A DNA stretch of 64,000 nucleotides, taken from positions 27,528,001-27,592,000 of the forward strand of contig NC_134480.1 in NCBI RefSeq assembly GCF_964194025.1. The letters run 5' to 3'. Positions 13,031-27,182 of the stretch are shown here, piece after piece (within the stretch, counting starts at the first letter, position 1; each line of letters opens with the position of its first letter). Origin of the DNA: Convolutriloba macropyga. Taxonomy: Eukaryota. The position numbers and the translations under genes are program-made. The notes below the pieces were generated by a model. The model saw only the letters and a list, made by a program, of their open reading frames with translations. It did not search any database and had not been told where the DNA came from.

Positions 13031-13971
13031 AACATACCCGGCCGATTGCCGGAAAATAGCCGCCGTTGATTCCAATAAGCATGATTGGGATTGAAATAAC
13101 AGAAGATATTGAAAAAAAAAATTTTTGTACAAAAACATTTTTTTAAGTCCGATTTATTTTGATGGCATTTCGTAGTTGAACATACTTCTGTTTCTTAGAG
13201 AGAGGCTACAGGGGCTACTATCAATAACAATACGCATTAGAGATGGTAAATAAAACTTATAGGAACGACGTTCAAATAGCGGGCATCTAAAATTGGGCTT
13301 TATGGGTTTATCTCGTTTCTATTTCTGACATCCATTTTTGTACTAACTCTGTTCATTTTGAATTGCTTTGCTGAGCAACTGATGTTCAAAATCACTTTTA
13401 GCAGAATGAGAGAAGAGAGAAACTAGCCTAGATAAGTCAAAAAAATTTCACGCAAAATGTTGAAAAGGCGGCAAAATGAGGTAAAGCGAAACATTTTTTT
13501 ATTTGACAAAGTAAAAAAAACATAGCAGGACAAGTCCTGACGTACAATTCATAGAATTTTCATTGACTAAACAGAAAACTAGACCTTGAACGGACTATGA
13601 ATGGATTGGGAAAACCATTTAGAAAAAAATCCGATCCAAAAAAATCGAAAAAACAGTAAAAATCAAAGTGAAATTGCCGCATGTGAACAAAAAACCACTA
13701 GCGAGAAAGCGAATTTTTGTTCAAACACCGTTTTCTCACTCTACTATAAATTTAGAGCGAAAAAATTTCACGCCGCAAAATCACTCGCTTTTTCGCTTTA
13801 CTTCCTGTTTCGGCGTGACCAAAATCACTACTCCAGTTTGACTTCAAAAATCATGAAAATGTGTGAACAGACCTTAAAAAAAAGACAGCGCCCCAATACA
13901 ATTCAAATTCTTTGAATTGTAAAAAAATAGGAGCGCTATAATAGCCGGCTGAGAAAATGAGGGCTGCTATT
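13031..13971 (-). mobile_element. Non-autonomous Helentron/HINE-like element, family A (cleanest copy)
   Basis: On the - strand: 5' subTIR AATAGCAGCC with an inner inverted copy GGCTATT; 3' subTIR GCGGCTATT, then palindrome CCGGC-aatcg-GCCGG, then GTATGTTT. No TSD; T/A-run flanks. Confidence 0.7.
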
Positions 13972-16900
13972 AAACAAAGAAAAACTAAAGCGAATTGAAA
14001 AACATTCCAAAGAATCGAAAAAAAAATAAAATTACTGTATCAGACCAGCAGACCAATTGAACAATGCCAGACAAAGATACAAACAAAGTTTCAGAAAATT
14101 AAAAACTAGCCATGCTGAAATTCTTGCACATAACATCCTGAAAGCAGATATGCCTTTTAAATATATACCTTTGATGAAGGTTTAGTGGCCCCCAAAGATG
14201 AAAAACTTAAGAAATCTTGTTAAATAGTGGCCAAAATTCGCATTAATAATATCTTCAGAACAATCTCTTTGTCTCTAGAAACACTCCATAAACCCATCTT
14301 CAAGTCCTAAAAGAGTTCAAATAGTCCAAAAGTTAGGATTGAACAACAAGACAAAAATTTTCAAAAAAACATGCAGAAAATACAGATTTTATGAACAGTC
14401 GCTAAGCTAAAATATTAGCATTCAAAGTTTACATCCTTATGATGATTGGGTTACCATTAACAGGGTTCAGTTAGTATTTCAAAAACTTATTTCGAACGCG
14501 AATTCTGTTTTTAACTTCAAAATAAACGAAACTGACTAATACAGTGCATTTTGCATTTTTACTCACAATACCCAGTGGATGACATGCCTTTAAGTCGTAA
14601 TTTACCACCCGAACATCTAAGACCTCGTTGAAGAAACCGAAAAAATCCTTGGCAATATCGCCATAAGCGAATGGTACCTATATCGCTCATTTTTTTCAAG
14701 ATATTGGTCAGTACTCGTTACGGAATCAATTTGACGTATTTTTGTTCCGACCCCTCTTGAGGGGAGAGGAACTATATACTCAAGTGGGTTTTTTTTGTTC
14801 AGTCAATTTTCGCCGATCGATATATTTATCGTAGAGAGTTGAGACTGGTATCAAAAGCTCGTCCAGCGTAGAATATGAAATTAAAAAGATTTATTTAATT
14901 TTCGTTTTCTACAGGGAGTTATCGAGGTTTAAACTTCTGAAAAAAGTAGAGTGAATTCACGTTTATTCACATTTTCCGAAATTTTTGCCTAATTTTTCGT
15001 CAACTTTGCTAAAATTTGATGAAAATTTTAAGAATAGTGTCGTTGATTTCATTTTTAAGGACAAAAAAGCCTTGTTGATTATTCTGATTTAATTTTTTGA
15101 TCAAAAACTCTGGATAAATATTTCAAAATTCAGCCTTTTTCATCAAAAACAGCACAAAAAAGCTACTTTAATCCACTTTGATAAAATTTGCCGGCACTAC
15201 ACCCCAAAACAACACTAATACAATTTTTGTTGACTCAGAAGGGGGCTATTCCTACTTCAACTTCCGCTGAGTGCTCTGTAATTAAAACTTTGCCGTTTTT
15301 TGCTAGCTTTACTCGTTTTTTATTAAAAATGCTGAATTTTTTTTTTGAGTTTTCAACTAACAAATTATCTATCTCTACAAAATTCGAAAAATCAATAGTT
15401 CCTAACGGACAATAAGCATTAGCAGGGCTAGTTTTCTTGGAGTGTTACAATCCAAAAATAATTCGGATTGGAATCAGTCGGTCTTTTTTTTTTGAAAAAA
15501 GACCTTTTTTTAATAATAAAGAACACAACATATCAAATGAAAGCTCAGGAGTGATAGGTCCAATTGGCTTCCTAAGCAACTCCAAGCTAGGTCAATTAGT
15601 TTTTTACTTGAAAGTTTATGATCAATTCGAATTTAAAAAAAAAATTGATTTTTAAATAATGGCTTAATGAACTTTTCCTCCTTTTTTTCTTAATTTGGTC
15701 AACTTGCAGCTTAGTATCAGCAAAGAAAGAATGCTTCTTCATTCTACTGATTGGAAATTTAGTCTCGATTGCGTTTTTAAGCCTGAAGTTACTGTTTTCT
15801 GGCTTTGATACTGTTAGGTTTCAGATTTTTTTTGTTTTTAGAAATTTGCCAGTTTTTCACGTTTTCTAGTCACATTATCACATTACTGACAGTTCTCATA
15901 TCACAATATTAGCGTTCAAAATGAAACACAATTGAACATCTTAAAGATATAGATTATCGTTTCAACTGCCTCGACACTTTTCTTCGAGAAATTATTTGAA
16001 TTATTTAATTTTGTCTTTAACTGTCATTTTTACTTTGTCATTTCAGTTGTATGAAATTTCCTGTATAATGATAAGTTTCACTGACTTTTATGGAAGAATA
16101 GACGAGCCGATATTCTGATATCAGAAGACAGCTGATGGCTTTCATGACATTGAAAACAATCGTTTTCCAAAACTAAAAATAAAAAACTTTTTAACTCTGC
16201 AAGTTTGTTCTTTTTATTTTTCTATTTGGAACCTTATCTCGTTATTTACAGGTCAAATATGACATTGTGGCTGTCAGGGGAAGGCGTCAAAGCGGATTCA
16301 TTTCCCAAAATCTATTTTTTTAAAGAATGCGCTATGACCTTACTGACTTCGACACCGGTTTTTCACAAAAAAAAGTAAATTAATTTGATTCTTGTCATGT
16401 TTGACGCAAGAATTATCCTGGAAAATTGCAGGTCTCAAAAAATTCCTTTGGATGAATAAACGACCCTATTTAAATATTTCATATTGTAATTAAAGTTTTT
16501 TGACTTTGGATATAATTTTGTTTCGAAAAAAAATCAAAATTATTACATACTTTTGCCCTTTTCTCTTTTTTGTCTACTTGTTACCTAGTCTCACTTATAA
16601 ATGGCCAAATACTACATTATCGGTGTTTGAAGAAGGCGCAAACAAATATATTTTGAGGGCCGAAATATGGCTTGACGGTTTTGACAACGTTTTCTGGCAA
16701 ATTTCAATTGAATTTTTGTTTGTTGTTTTTGTTGTTGTTCTTTTTAGCCGCTTAAAGAAAAGAATAAGGACAGGTCCTAATGCCCTTCTATAGAAGCATT
16801 GCTAATTGTAAACTGTTTGGATATTTTACTTGATTTCTAATGGTTTTAATTACTTTGAAGTTAATTGTTTTAAAAAAAATAAGCGAATTTTTTAACTTTA

Positions 16901-17940
16901 CTGTTTTTTTTCTTTTTCGTCTAATTGTTACCAAAACTTTTTATGGACTGGTCCATATCTTTTCTGGTGATTTATAACATATTTTGTTAAGGTTCATCTG
17001 ACGGTATGTTGACTTTGTTATTAAATTTTGTTTTTTAACACGGACAAAAATTTTATGATGTAATTAATGTTTGTTGTTGTTGTTGTTGTTTGATTTTGCT
17101 GTTCGTCTTGACTCGCTTTCTTAATATTGGCTTATCACATCAATTTAATGCTTCAATTTTTACTCCACTGAGTTATTTGCTTTGGAGGCTATCTTATCAT
17201 TCATACACGATTTTTTTGAAAAATACTTGGGCTTTTTTGGGATTCCCAAATAATTTTTGGGTTTTCTATCTGTTCCTCATTTGGTAGACAATTATGCCAA
17301 AATTGTGGATGGTTGGTGTCGGAACCTTATGTGCCATCGCACATTGCTGAGCCGCCTTGTTTTCTGTAGGCGAGTTACAAGTTCCACTAGAAAAGTTTTT
17401 TCGCATACGCTCTCTTTCATTTCATGCGAAGATACTTTTAAGTTGGCGGCTATAAGGAATTCAAATTAGCTGTCGAGGCTCAAAAAGCGCAAAAGAAACG
17501 TTCAATTTAGAGGCGACTGTTTGCTAGCTTCATTCTCTTTGGGTCTAGTGAAATATTAGAGAAAAAACGACATGTACCCCATTGACCTGAAACCACAAAA
17601 AGTCGCGAAAAAGTTGGACCCATTTTACAATCGTTGTTTTATTTATCCATTAACCAATAGCTTCTATAAAAAGAACTTGTTCCTCTTAGCTCCAGAAATG
17701 AACCAAATCGGAAAGGTTTTCGATCACGAAAAAACTGAAAATTTTATGGACAAGTCTGTTTGTTTATCTCGCTCTGCAAAACTCTGTTCATCATCTCACT
17801 ACTTCGAGGTCAAAACGCTGCCTGATCGAATAGTACTCCGATAGAGCAACTTGGATAACTTATGGCTACTACAAACCCTCCAAAGTAGAAACTTTCAATC
17901 AAATGTCACTACTTCAGACGGAAATAACTCCAATACAAAC

Positions 17941-18092
17941 CCATAGCTTTCGTTTCCTCTCCTTTTCCATTTAAGATTGAGAATTTGAACTTGGCTCTGA
18001 TCTCGTTCTTGTTACAGGCCACTAAGTACAGGTAGAGACTCAGGTATTCTTTCGATTCCTCGTCCAATCCCTTGGGGTTCACCCGTAAACAC
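17941..18092 (-). CDS. SPOP: SPOP coding exon 4 (MATH)
   Basis: (W)[50 protein letters not shown]; AG/GT bounded. Confidence 0.97.
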
Positions 18093-18444
18093 CTGAAAAA
18101 TGCCCCAGTTAATTTGATTAGCATCCGGAAATCGTTCAGTACGAATAAATAGTTAATCAATGCTTTTTCGAAAGCATATTTCTTCGTTTTCGATACTATA
18201 TTTCTAAAATTTTTGGCTCACTCTCCATTATTTTTGGGTTCTGCAAATACGCACGCAGAAACACGCAAATCAAAGCAAACAGTTAACATTAATTTGGTTA
18301 AAATATACTTCAAATTTTATTATACTTCAGTTTTCTCAGATCAGCCCAGTACATGTTACTTCAATAGCTTATTTCGGAGACACATCTTATCGCTATCTTT
18401 ATACACTGGTCATTGACCTTGAATTACTTGACAGCATTGCTGAC

Positions 18445-18664
18445 CATTTCATTTTGTCGTTGAGTGGAGTTGAGAAAGACGTGCTTCGGAGTGTTTCGCC
18501 CATTTCCTCACGACAGTAACTGAAGTTGCTGATGGTCCACATGTAAGAGAACTTGATTATCTTCACTTGCGTATGGCCCCAGTTCTCTGCAAATAGACCA
18601 CCATGCAGAGACAGATCAGCACCAGAGAGACCCCCACTTGTGGACGAGGATGAGGAATGCACAC
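18445..18664 (-). CDS. SPOP: SPOP coding exon 3 (MATH start)
   Basis: ...[40 protein letters not shown]...KMKW; AG/GT bounded. Confidence 0.95.
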
Positions 18665-19001
18665 CTAAAATGCATGAAATTACTCCCCCGTCATTTATTG
18701 AACATCATTGTACAAGAAATACGATAAATGCTACTTCCTCAGGAGTATCCATTTTATTAAGAGACATTTTATTAAGAGGAAGGCCCAAAAAGCTTTAAAA
18801 AAGGAAGTATATTTATGGAATGAACTGCCTCCCGTCAATTAAGAAGACAAAGTATTCAATAATGAGTAAGTTGAAACCTCACAAGAATTTTAAATCGGCA
18901 TATTGACAAAACAAGACGGAGAATTACGAATCAATACCTAGAGAGAGAATACTACTATTTGTTAGAAGGAAACAAAATTGATATCGAAATTGAGAGATCA
19001 C

Positions 19002-19224
19002 CTGTAGAGGAGGAAGAGAGGGCAGACTGATGTGAGGATGGGAATAAGAGGTGGTCTGAGGATGTGGATGCGACAGCATTGTTGTTGTTTGTACTACTGG
19101 AGGTAGCAGGTGCAGTTGCACACACCACACTGCTACTACTACTGCTGCTACCAGCATTGCCAGAGTTCGATGAAGGCTGCTGCTGTTGTTGACCACTGCT
19201 CATTCTGTGCATATTCAGGGGCAC
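19002..19224 (-). CDS. SPOP: SPOP coding exon 2 (low-complexity N-terminal extension)
   Basis: ttttag acceptor and cag/gtgatc donor; phase 1 joins exon 3 in frame; S/Q/N-rich. Confidence 0.8.
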
Positions 19225-19399
19225 CTAAAACCAAATTTTCATCCTTATACTCAATTTCCTATTAAAATTTCTTGAGTTTTACGACAGCTTTTATTTGTTT
19301 TCCAGTAGCTAGTGCTGTTTCGCCGGCTACTTTTTATTTTAGGAAGAATTTAATACTTTAAAAATAGATCTACAAAGGCGCCTCGATACTGTTCGCCAG

Positions 19400-19612
19400 A
19401 GAGTGCCGATCACGACAGTAAACTCTGAAACACTGCTTTGTTCGATATTCGTGAAAACTAGACTCTGATCAGTTCTTATTGCAACAGAAACTCTCAAGAG
19501 TCAGAGCTGCGGTGAAGAAAAACGTAGAAAACATTGGAAGCATTTCAGGCAAAACATCAGTGTTGAAACACATCCGTTAGATTTCAGTGTATATGGAGTA
19601 ATTAAAACTGGA
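19400..19612 (+). mobile_element. Older decayed 3' (REL endonuclease) fragment of a CRE-type non-LTR element
   Basis: Pieces translate as ALFDIR..SYCNRNSQE..SCGEEKRRKH..PLDFSVYG, parallel to ASFDIR..SYSNRNPED..SCADEKRKKY..LLIFSVDG in the neighbouring copy. Confidence 0.6.
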
Positions 19613-19630
19613 GTAATTAACCAAGTAATT

Positions 19631-21318
19631 TCACAAGACAGAACTTCCGCACTTCTAAACGCTAGAACCCTTTGGCCAAGAGCTTCCACTTTTCTGTACA
19701 ATAGTTACCAGGAAAGCTCTAAACTTGTGCTGAGCAATACTGACGTCTTTATCCGCAGCGAAGAAGGGACAACTAAAGGCGACCCTCTTTCAATGCTGTT
19801 TTATGGTGTTGCTCTATTGCCTTTAATCAAAAAATTGCACAACCCGACGAAACATAACAAAGTTTTTATACAGATGATGCCGCGATGACTTAAAACAGTG
19901 GCTGCAACAAGTAGTTGATGAGGGGCCGAAGTATGAATACTAACCTGAGCCAAAAAAAGCTTTATTGTTCAACCCGACCACGTTGATGAAGCGAAGCGTT
20001 GCTTTAAGCAAAGCGGTTTGAAAATTGTAACTGGAAAACCTTATCCTGGAGGCTTCATTGGCGATGAAACTACCATGAAAGAATTTATTCCCGAAAAAGT
20101 CAAAAAGTCAAAGGCAGGCTAAGATTCAACTTTTGAGCGCTGCAGCCAATTTCTGCCCTCATGAGAGTTTCCCGGTGTTCACTAAATCAGTCCAGGCCGA
20201 ATGGAATTTTCTGTTGAGAGTTGTCCCAGGTTGCGATGAATTTTTTAAACCACTAGAAGATTCATTAAAAAACCAATTAATATCAACCATAACTAACATT
20301 TATAATGTGAGTAAACCTCAACGTAGCCTGTTCAGTTTGTCTGCTAAGAACGGAGGATTAGGTATTCCAGACCCAGTGGTAAAAGCAAGTGAGCAGTTTG
20401 AAATGTCCAAGAAAACATCTTCACTGACTTCGGATTCTATTTTGAATGGAACGACATTGGACATCGACGAACACAAAACTCACGTTCGCAGCAGCAAACA
20501 AAGTTTTCAGCTGGAAAATGAGTCCCAGCAGAGAAACACATATAAGGGCTTGTTAGAACAAGCATGCACATCAGAGAGAAAAAGAATGGAGCGGAATTTC
20601 AAAACGGGCTCTTGTTGGTTAACAGCAAAAGTGTCAGAGAGAGACAATTTTGTTTTGTCGAAGAACGAATTCCAGGATTCCATGGCGCTAAGATACGGTT
20701 TACCCCTAACAAATCTCCCTGTGAAATGTGACCGCTGTGGTGAAAATTTCCATGTTCAGCATGCCCTAATCTGCAAAAAAGGAGGCCTGATTACACAAAG
20801 TCATAATGAAATTAGAGATCTATTGGTAGACTTATCGTGCCTTGCATGGACTCACACTCAAAAAGCCAGTACTTCGTGAACACTCAGAGAATCAGAAACC
20901 GTTAAGAGCCGATCTTCTCATAAGAGGTGTCTGGAGCCCGCAAGAAACTGCCTCGTTTGATATTCGTGTCACAGACACTGAGGCAAAATCTTACAGCAAC
21001 AGAAATCCAGAGGATGTAATGGAAAGCTGCGCCGACGAAAAGAGGAAAAAATACTCCGCGGCTTGCCAGGAAAAGCATATAGCTTTTACTCTGTTAATAT
21101 TCAGTGTTGACGGCATGATGGCCAGAGAGCAAAATTTTTCTCAGAAGACTGGCGGACAGACTCGCTTCTAAGTGGGACAAACCCTACAGCATTATCATGA
21201 ACTGGGTCAAACTGAGATTGAATTTTGCCATCTTAAGGGCTTCAAATCTGTTCATCAGAGGAACTAGATCGCAATGGAGATCGTTTCGCTATGAAGATGG
21301 AGCCTTTATACCTTGAAG
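19631..21318 (+). mobile_element. 5'-truncated, frameshifted non-LTR retrotransposon, RT + CCHC + restriction-like endonuclease (CRE-like clade)
   Basis: RT motifs GTTKGDPLSM, YTDD, GGFIG and GGLGIP; zinc knuckle CDRC...HALICKKGG...HNEIRD; REL motif RADL...FDIRV...EKRKKY. Several stops and frameshifts. Lies antisense in SPOP intron 1. Confidence 0.85.
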
Positions 21319-21825
21319 AAGTATGTTGACGTTCCAGTTGTAATCGGATAAACGTTATCAAATATTTATCGCGAAACTTGAGAGGGCAGCGTACTTGTAC
21401 TGGCATGGATTCAAAAATCTATTTTGTAAGTCACCCAATCAGCAGGGACAACAAATTTTAACGCCAATTATTAGCGCTCTGACGTTTTGTCACCAAATGA
21501 GTGGGGGCATCAACCTAAAATCAAATTGACGATGGAGCGAGCAACTTCAATTGGGCTCAATTTGAAAAGGTCATCAACCCGAAAAACTACATTATGTATC
21601 CAGGAGAAAGCCCTCTAGCTAAATTAATGCCTAAGATCACATGTTTTCGTTCTTACCTGATCTAAGTGGGGAGAACAAAAGCATAATGTACGAGGCCTAT
21701 TTCTTGTGAAGAAAAGAAACTGACTGCTGATATTAGATTAAATAAACTGGTAATCTGTTGTGTTGATGACAATATCATGTTAACCAAGTAATTGTAAATT
21801 TGAAAGTTTTCCAAAATATACCCAC

Positions 21826-22032
21826 CAAATTTCCTCCCGAAGTCGAGGACGAAGATGAAGAAGCAGCTGCATTTCCACTAGAGGAAGACGATTCGTTCTC
21901 ACTCGAGGAAGCCGGACTCTGCTGTGAAATATGTGTGACTCCAAATTGAGCTGTGGCTGTAATGCTGATTCCAGTGGTACTGTTACTCGTCATTGACAGA
22001 TCTGAGCTGTCGCTAGATGAGTAACTGTTCAT
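21826..22032 (-). CDS. SPOP: SPOP putative coding exon 1 (Ser-rich)
   Basis: ATG at 22032; phase-0 donor GTGGGT joins exon 2. The nine exons total 1650 nt = 549 aa plus stop. Confidence 0.7.
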
Positions 22033-22667
22033 ACTTCGTATTTATGTTCAGTGCTGTTCTATCTATATATCAATTGATTAGAATGGAATTATCACATAAA
22101 AAGGGTGACTTTTCTTATGTCATTTGGACGCAATGTCCATCATTTTTCCATGAAATCTGAAATTCATTAGACTTGTTAACTACAAAAATTAGCTCTTGTT
22201 AATATTTGCAGGTAACACAGCTATTTAAACTATAAAAATTTCAAAAACAATTTTCCTCAGCTTTTGCTTTCAACGTGTTGGACTTGTGCACCTATCAGAA
22301 TTGCAATAATAATTGTTGGTAAATAGAACTTAAAATGTTGATCAGTTTTGTACAAAAAAGCGGTGCGTTAAGCCGCGCGTGAATACGTTTTTAACTGATA
22401 ATGACTCAAGACGATTCATGTTATAATCAGAACAGATTATTGTATTTACGCTAACGCATAGATTCCAGTGTTTAACTTATTAATTTCAATAATTAATAAC
22501 AAGTACAAACGTAAAACATAGTCTGTGTACAGATGAACATATATCTTCTTCCTCACAGTAAAGCTTACTCTTACAAATCAATCAAATGACACCTTAAAAT
22601 TATCTGAAAGTCATTCAACTATTCAAATTTATATAAGTGTTCCGACCCCACTTTGCCCGCGAGCGTG

Positions 22668-22811
22668 NNNNNNNNNNNNNNNNNNNNNNNNNNNNNNNNN
22701 NNNNNNNNNNNNNNNNNNNNNNNNNNNNNNNNNNNNNNNNNNNNNNNNNNNNNNNNNNNNNNNNNNNNNNNNNNNNNNNNNNNNNNNNNNNNNNNNNNNN
22801 NNNNNNNNNNN
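22668..22811. other. Assembly gap (144 N)
   Basis: Run of N, followed by a GT microsatellite. Confidence 1.
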
Positions 22812-23402
22812 GTATGGTGTGATTGTGTGTGCGTGTGTGTGTATGGGGGAGGGGGGTGGTATATACATTTCCACATTTAGTGGGTATTTTTTGTTCAATT
22901 GATATATTTCACGCAAACAGTGCGAAGAACGTTTTCTTTTGCTGGAGCTAAGTTTTGCGCATTTTGGCTGATTATCACTATTTCTGTTCAATTTTAACAT
23001 CAAATTTGCACAAATTGACATTTTTACCTTTTGTTCCTTTTCGGTCGAACAATGGTTGTATTGGCAAAACTCTATAATTTTTCGCCAAGAATCAGATAAT
23101 TTACCGTAACAGCAGTCTATTTTAGCTCAATCGGTTCATTTAGTTGCAAAAACCACAATTAAAACCCACCCCGAAGATATTATTAGAGCGATAGGAAGGC
23201 TACTTCTGCTAAAAATGCTGACTTTTATCTTTGCCTGTATTGGAATGATTATGTAGATTTTACTCCTCTCTGACTCTGTTTTTAGAATTTTTCCCTTATT
23301 TACGTATTTCATGTGTTGTTTTCGATTAATGTTTGCCCCAGAATATTAAGGAGCTCGTATCTTTGCTTCTCAAACATCAGTAAAAAATTAAACAGCAATT
23401 TT

Positions 23403-25215
23403 AAACATACCCGGCAGATTGCCTGAAAATAGCCGCCGTTGATTCCAATAAGCCTGATTGGGATTGAAAGAATAGAAGATAATGAAAAAAAAGATTTTTG
23501 TACAAAAATATTTTTTAAGTCCGATTTATTTTGATGGCATTTCGTAGTTGAACATACTTCTGTTTCTTAGAGAGAGGCTACAGGGGCTACTATCAATAAC
23601 AATACGCATTAGAGATGGTAACTAAGACTTATAGAAACGACGTTCAAATAGCAGGCATCTAAAATTGGGCTTTATGGGTTTATCCCGTTTCTATTTCGGA
23701 CTTCAATTTTTTATACTGACTCTGTTCATTTTGAATTGCTTTGCTGAGCAACGGATGTTCAATAATCACTTTTAGCAGAATGAGAGAAGAAAAAAACTAG
23801 CCTAGAGAAGTCAAAGATTTCACGAAAAAGCGGCAAAATGAGGAAAAGCGAAACATTTTTTGTTTGACGAAGTAAAAGAACATAGCAGGAAAAGTCCTGA
23901 CGTACAATTCAAAGAATTTTCATTGACTAAACAGAAAACTAGACCTAGAACGGAATAGAAAAAACTCCGATCCAAAAAATCGGAAAAAAACAGCAAAAAT
24001 CAAAGTGAAATTGCCGCATGCGAACAAAAAACCACTAGTGAGAAAGCGAATTTTGGTTCAAACACCGTTTTCTCACTCTACTATAAATTTATAGCGAAAA
24101 AATTCCACGCCTCAAAACCACTCGCTTTTTCGCTCCACTTCCTGTTTCGGCGTGACCAAAATCACTACTCCAATTTGACTTCAAAAATCATGAAAATGTG
24201 TGAACAGAAAAAACATAGCCGGAAGAATTCCCGAAACGACTCGAAGGAGAAAATTGCCCATCCTTATGACTAAACAACTGAACAACTATTGTGAACCCTG
24301 AACCTCCACAAATGCCATAAAAAAGTTAAGGAAGAATAGAAACGGCATTCAAAAATAAATTGAACAAAAAAAAAACTATAAAAACTTAAGTTTTTTTAAC
24401 TTGAGTTTTTTATATAGTACAAGAAAACAAAAAGCGTAAAAAATTTCCTTTGCAATTAGAGCAATGAAAAGCTCGCAAAACAATGGGCAAGTCATAATAG
24501 GCTAAAAAAAAGTTGTCAAAGATTTAAAAAAAAGATAAACTGCAAAACAATTAGAAAAATGGCTTAAAATTTCACAATTTTTCTGTAAATTTTCCTAAGA
24601 AACAACTAATTTATACCAAGAAAACTTAAGTCAATTGGTAACTGAATACCTCTTAAGTCACAAACTTCTATTAAAATCCCACTTAAAACATTAAAACAAA
24701 AAACAGGCAAAAAATCATTAAATTTCTTCTAAAAAACTCAAACTTACTACTTGAAACCTTCAATTCCTACCAAAACAAGCCTAAAACTAATACAATATCA
24801 TATCAAACCTCATAACCATCAAAAGTTGCAAAAAAACTGCTTTTAAGAGCCGCTACAAAAAAAATTCGCTCGCTTAAAGAAAATTTTTTCACACATCAAT
24901 TTTTCGCTCTCTCAAAAACAGCGGTATGAACAAAAACCACTATCTTTTCGCTCCGCTCTTCACTTTTGTTCACCACCAAAATCACTATAAAATTTTTTCA
25001 AGCGTTTCATTTCCCGCTTCAAAAATCACTCCAATAAAATTGATTAAAAAATATCCAATACTCTATATCTAGAAAATATCTTAGAAAAAAATCTCCAATA
25101 CACCTCTTCGAGTCGTAAAAAAGACAGCACAGCACCCCAATCCAATTGAAATTCTTTGAATTTTAAAAAAATAGGAGCGCTATAATGGCCGGCTGAGAAG
25201 ATGAGGGCGGCTATT
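23403..25215 (-). mobile_element. HINE-like family A copy with extra internal sequence
   Basis: Both termini match 13031-13971; 23403-24207 is highly similar to 13031-13870; about 0.9 kb of extra, partly duplicated sequence inside. Confidence 0.7.
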
Positions 25216-27182
25216 AAAAAATCCGTCTACTATAAATACTGCCAGTTCCAACAAAATTGTTTCCCCAACATTATGCTCTTGAAAATAAGAAACGGTCTCA
25301 CCAATTGATCCAAAAGTTAAGCTAAAAATGTCTTTCAGATCATATTAGCTGAACCAACTGATTTAGCAAAACGGAGAATGAAGAGACAACTGCCACATAA
25401 TTACTGCAAAAAAAACAAACTTCTCCAACTGCTGGAAAAACGTGTTGAGGACCAAGAGTCTCCGATCCCTGAGCTCAAAATAGAGAGCGCAAACATAGAG
25501 CCTAAACAAACTTGCCGAGAACTACGTAGACGCTTAATGTCCTCGGTCTTTACAAGTCTATTCCATTCCTGTGAACGAAGTCAAATCTAAATCTCTCAAC
25601 CAATCGAAAGAATTTCCGAAACAGTCAAGCAAACAAATTGCATAAAAAGACACAAGGAGTACAATATTGCTTCATAGATCGAAAAAAGGGTTCCCAAAAT
25701 TATGCGCCCCACATTATCGAGCCTGGTATTCAAATAGAAACTTAGAAACGACACTCCGGTTTATATACAGAATAGCTCATTGAATTTCAAAAAGGAATCT
25801 CTAACAAGATATCTTGTGCGAGTCTGTGCGTAGCACAGTATGTTCCAACATAACTCTCAAGGTTGCAAAAACAACCATTAATTGCTGTCAGAGAAACCGT
25901 TGGGAGAATCCGAAAGCAATTTACCGCTTTTTTTCTGTCTTTTTAAATACCGTTTTTTTGATGGACAAAAACGGAAACGCCTAAGCACATTCTGCAAAGA
26001 TAAAAGTAGTAAAACTGAACGACACAGATACAGAAAACAGAGAAAAACAAAAGAGTAAAATTTTTAATTGAATTTTTTTCGAAATTTCCGTTTGTTTTTA
26101 CCTTAAATTTTCAACGCTATCTGTGCCACCCACCCCACCCCCACACACCCCCTCCAAAAGGACGATTTTCCCTTTCGATTTTTCCTTGGAAATTTTGAAT
26201 CGTTGTCCCTTTTCAAATTTCTGATAATTTTTTATATAAATCAGAACTAGATCCTGAGGACTACAAAATGGTGTTTTTCTTTTTTTACGATGCGTAAACA
26301 AAGTGAAAATTTGACTGACGAAAAAAGTCAGCCTGGCATATATATTCCTCAATTTTGAAAAAAAATGTTGCAACACTAATTATAAATTTGAATCGATTCA
26401 GAGCAAAGTGTTCGAGCATTGAATTACGATTAAACGTAGATTATCTACATATCATACACAGATTTACAAAAACAGGAAATCATAATTCGCAAACCAATTG
26501 AAAATCTTTTATTGACTATCGACTGATTTAGAAGCGAAAATGGATCATATTTTGATTCTTCTCCAATTCAACCATCATAATTAGACACCCAGGTTGTGTA
26601 AAATGTAAATTCTGCATTGCAAGACAATCTTTAAATGAGGGTTGTTTAAACAGGAAAAGAACCAAACTCATGCTTCACGTTGACAATCTCCCACATTTAT
26701 GAACACAAACAGGCAGTTTTGTGGAGTCAGGACAAAGTCTGTTCAACTACTAATTGTATTGCAGCATTTAAGTGTTACAAGTTGGTTTGTGTATTCGAGA
26801 AAATTAATCTTTACTTCGCCTCAATTGACCAATCTTAAGTAGCTCTATAACTAAGGCTTTGACTACCTAAAAGCGCGTTTCACAGTAGCGAAGCAAAAAA
26901 ATTGAATCAAAGTATAGAGCACATTTCAGCAGAGGTCGCAGCGCTCAAGTTGTCAAACCGATCGTAACATTGCGACCAAAAGACCTTTCCATTTTTACTC
27001 TCTCAATACATCGAGAAAATTTACATTTTACAAGTTAATCAAAAAATGATAGGAAAGCAAGATAACTTCGGAAGTCTCGAATACCTTAAAAGTTGTGCTC
27101 ACCTATTTTCTTTAAAAAAACAAAAGCGAACTACCATTTCAACGGAGCCAAAACCCTGATATTAGCTTGTTCACTATTTGAT

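Noticed and set aside
22619-23021. ORFs spanning the N gap
   Set aside because: Artefacts of translating through Ns.
25250-25900. Possible highly decayed LINE RT 3' fragment
   Set aside because: Only vague peptide resemblance; no diagnostic motif recoverable by eye.
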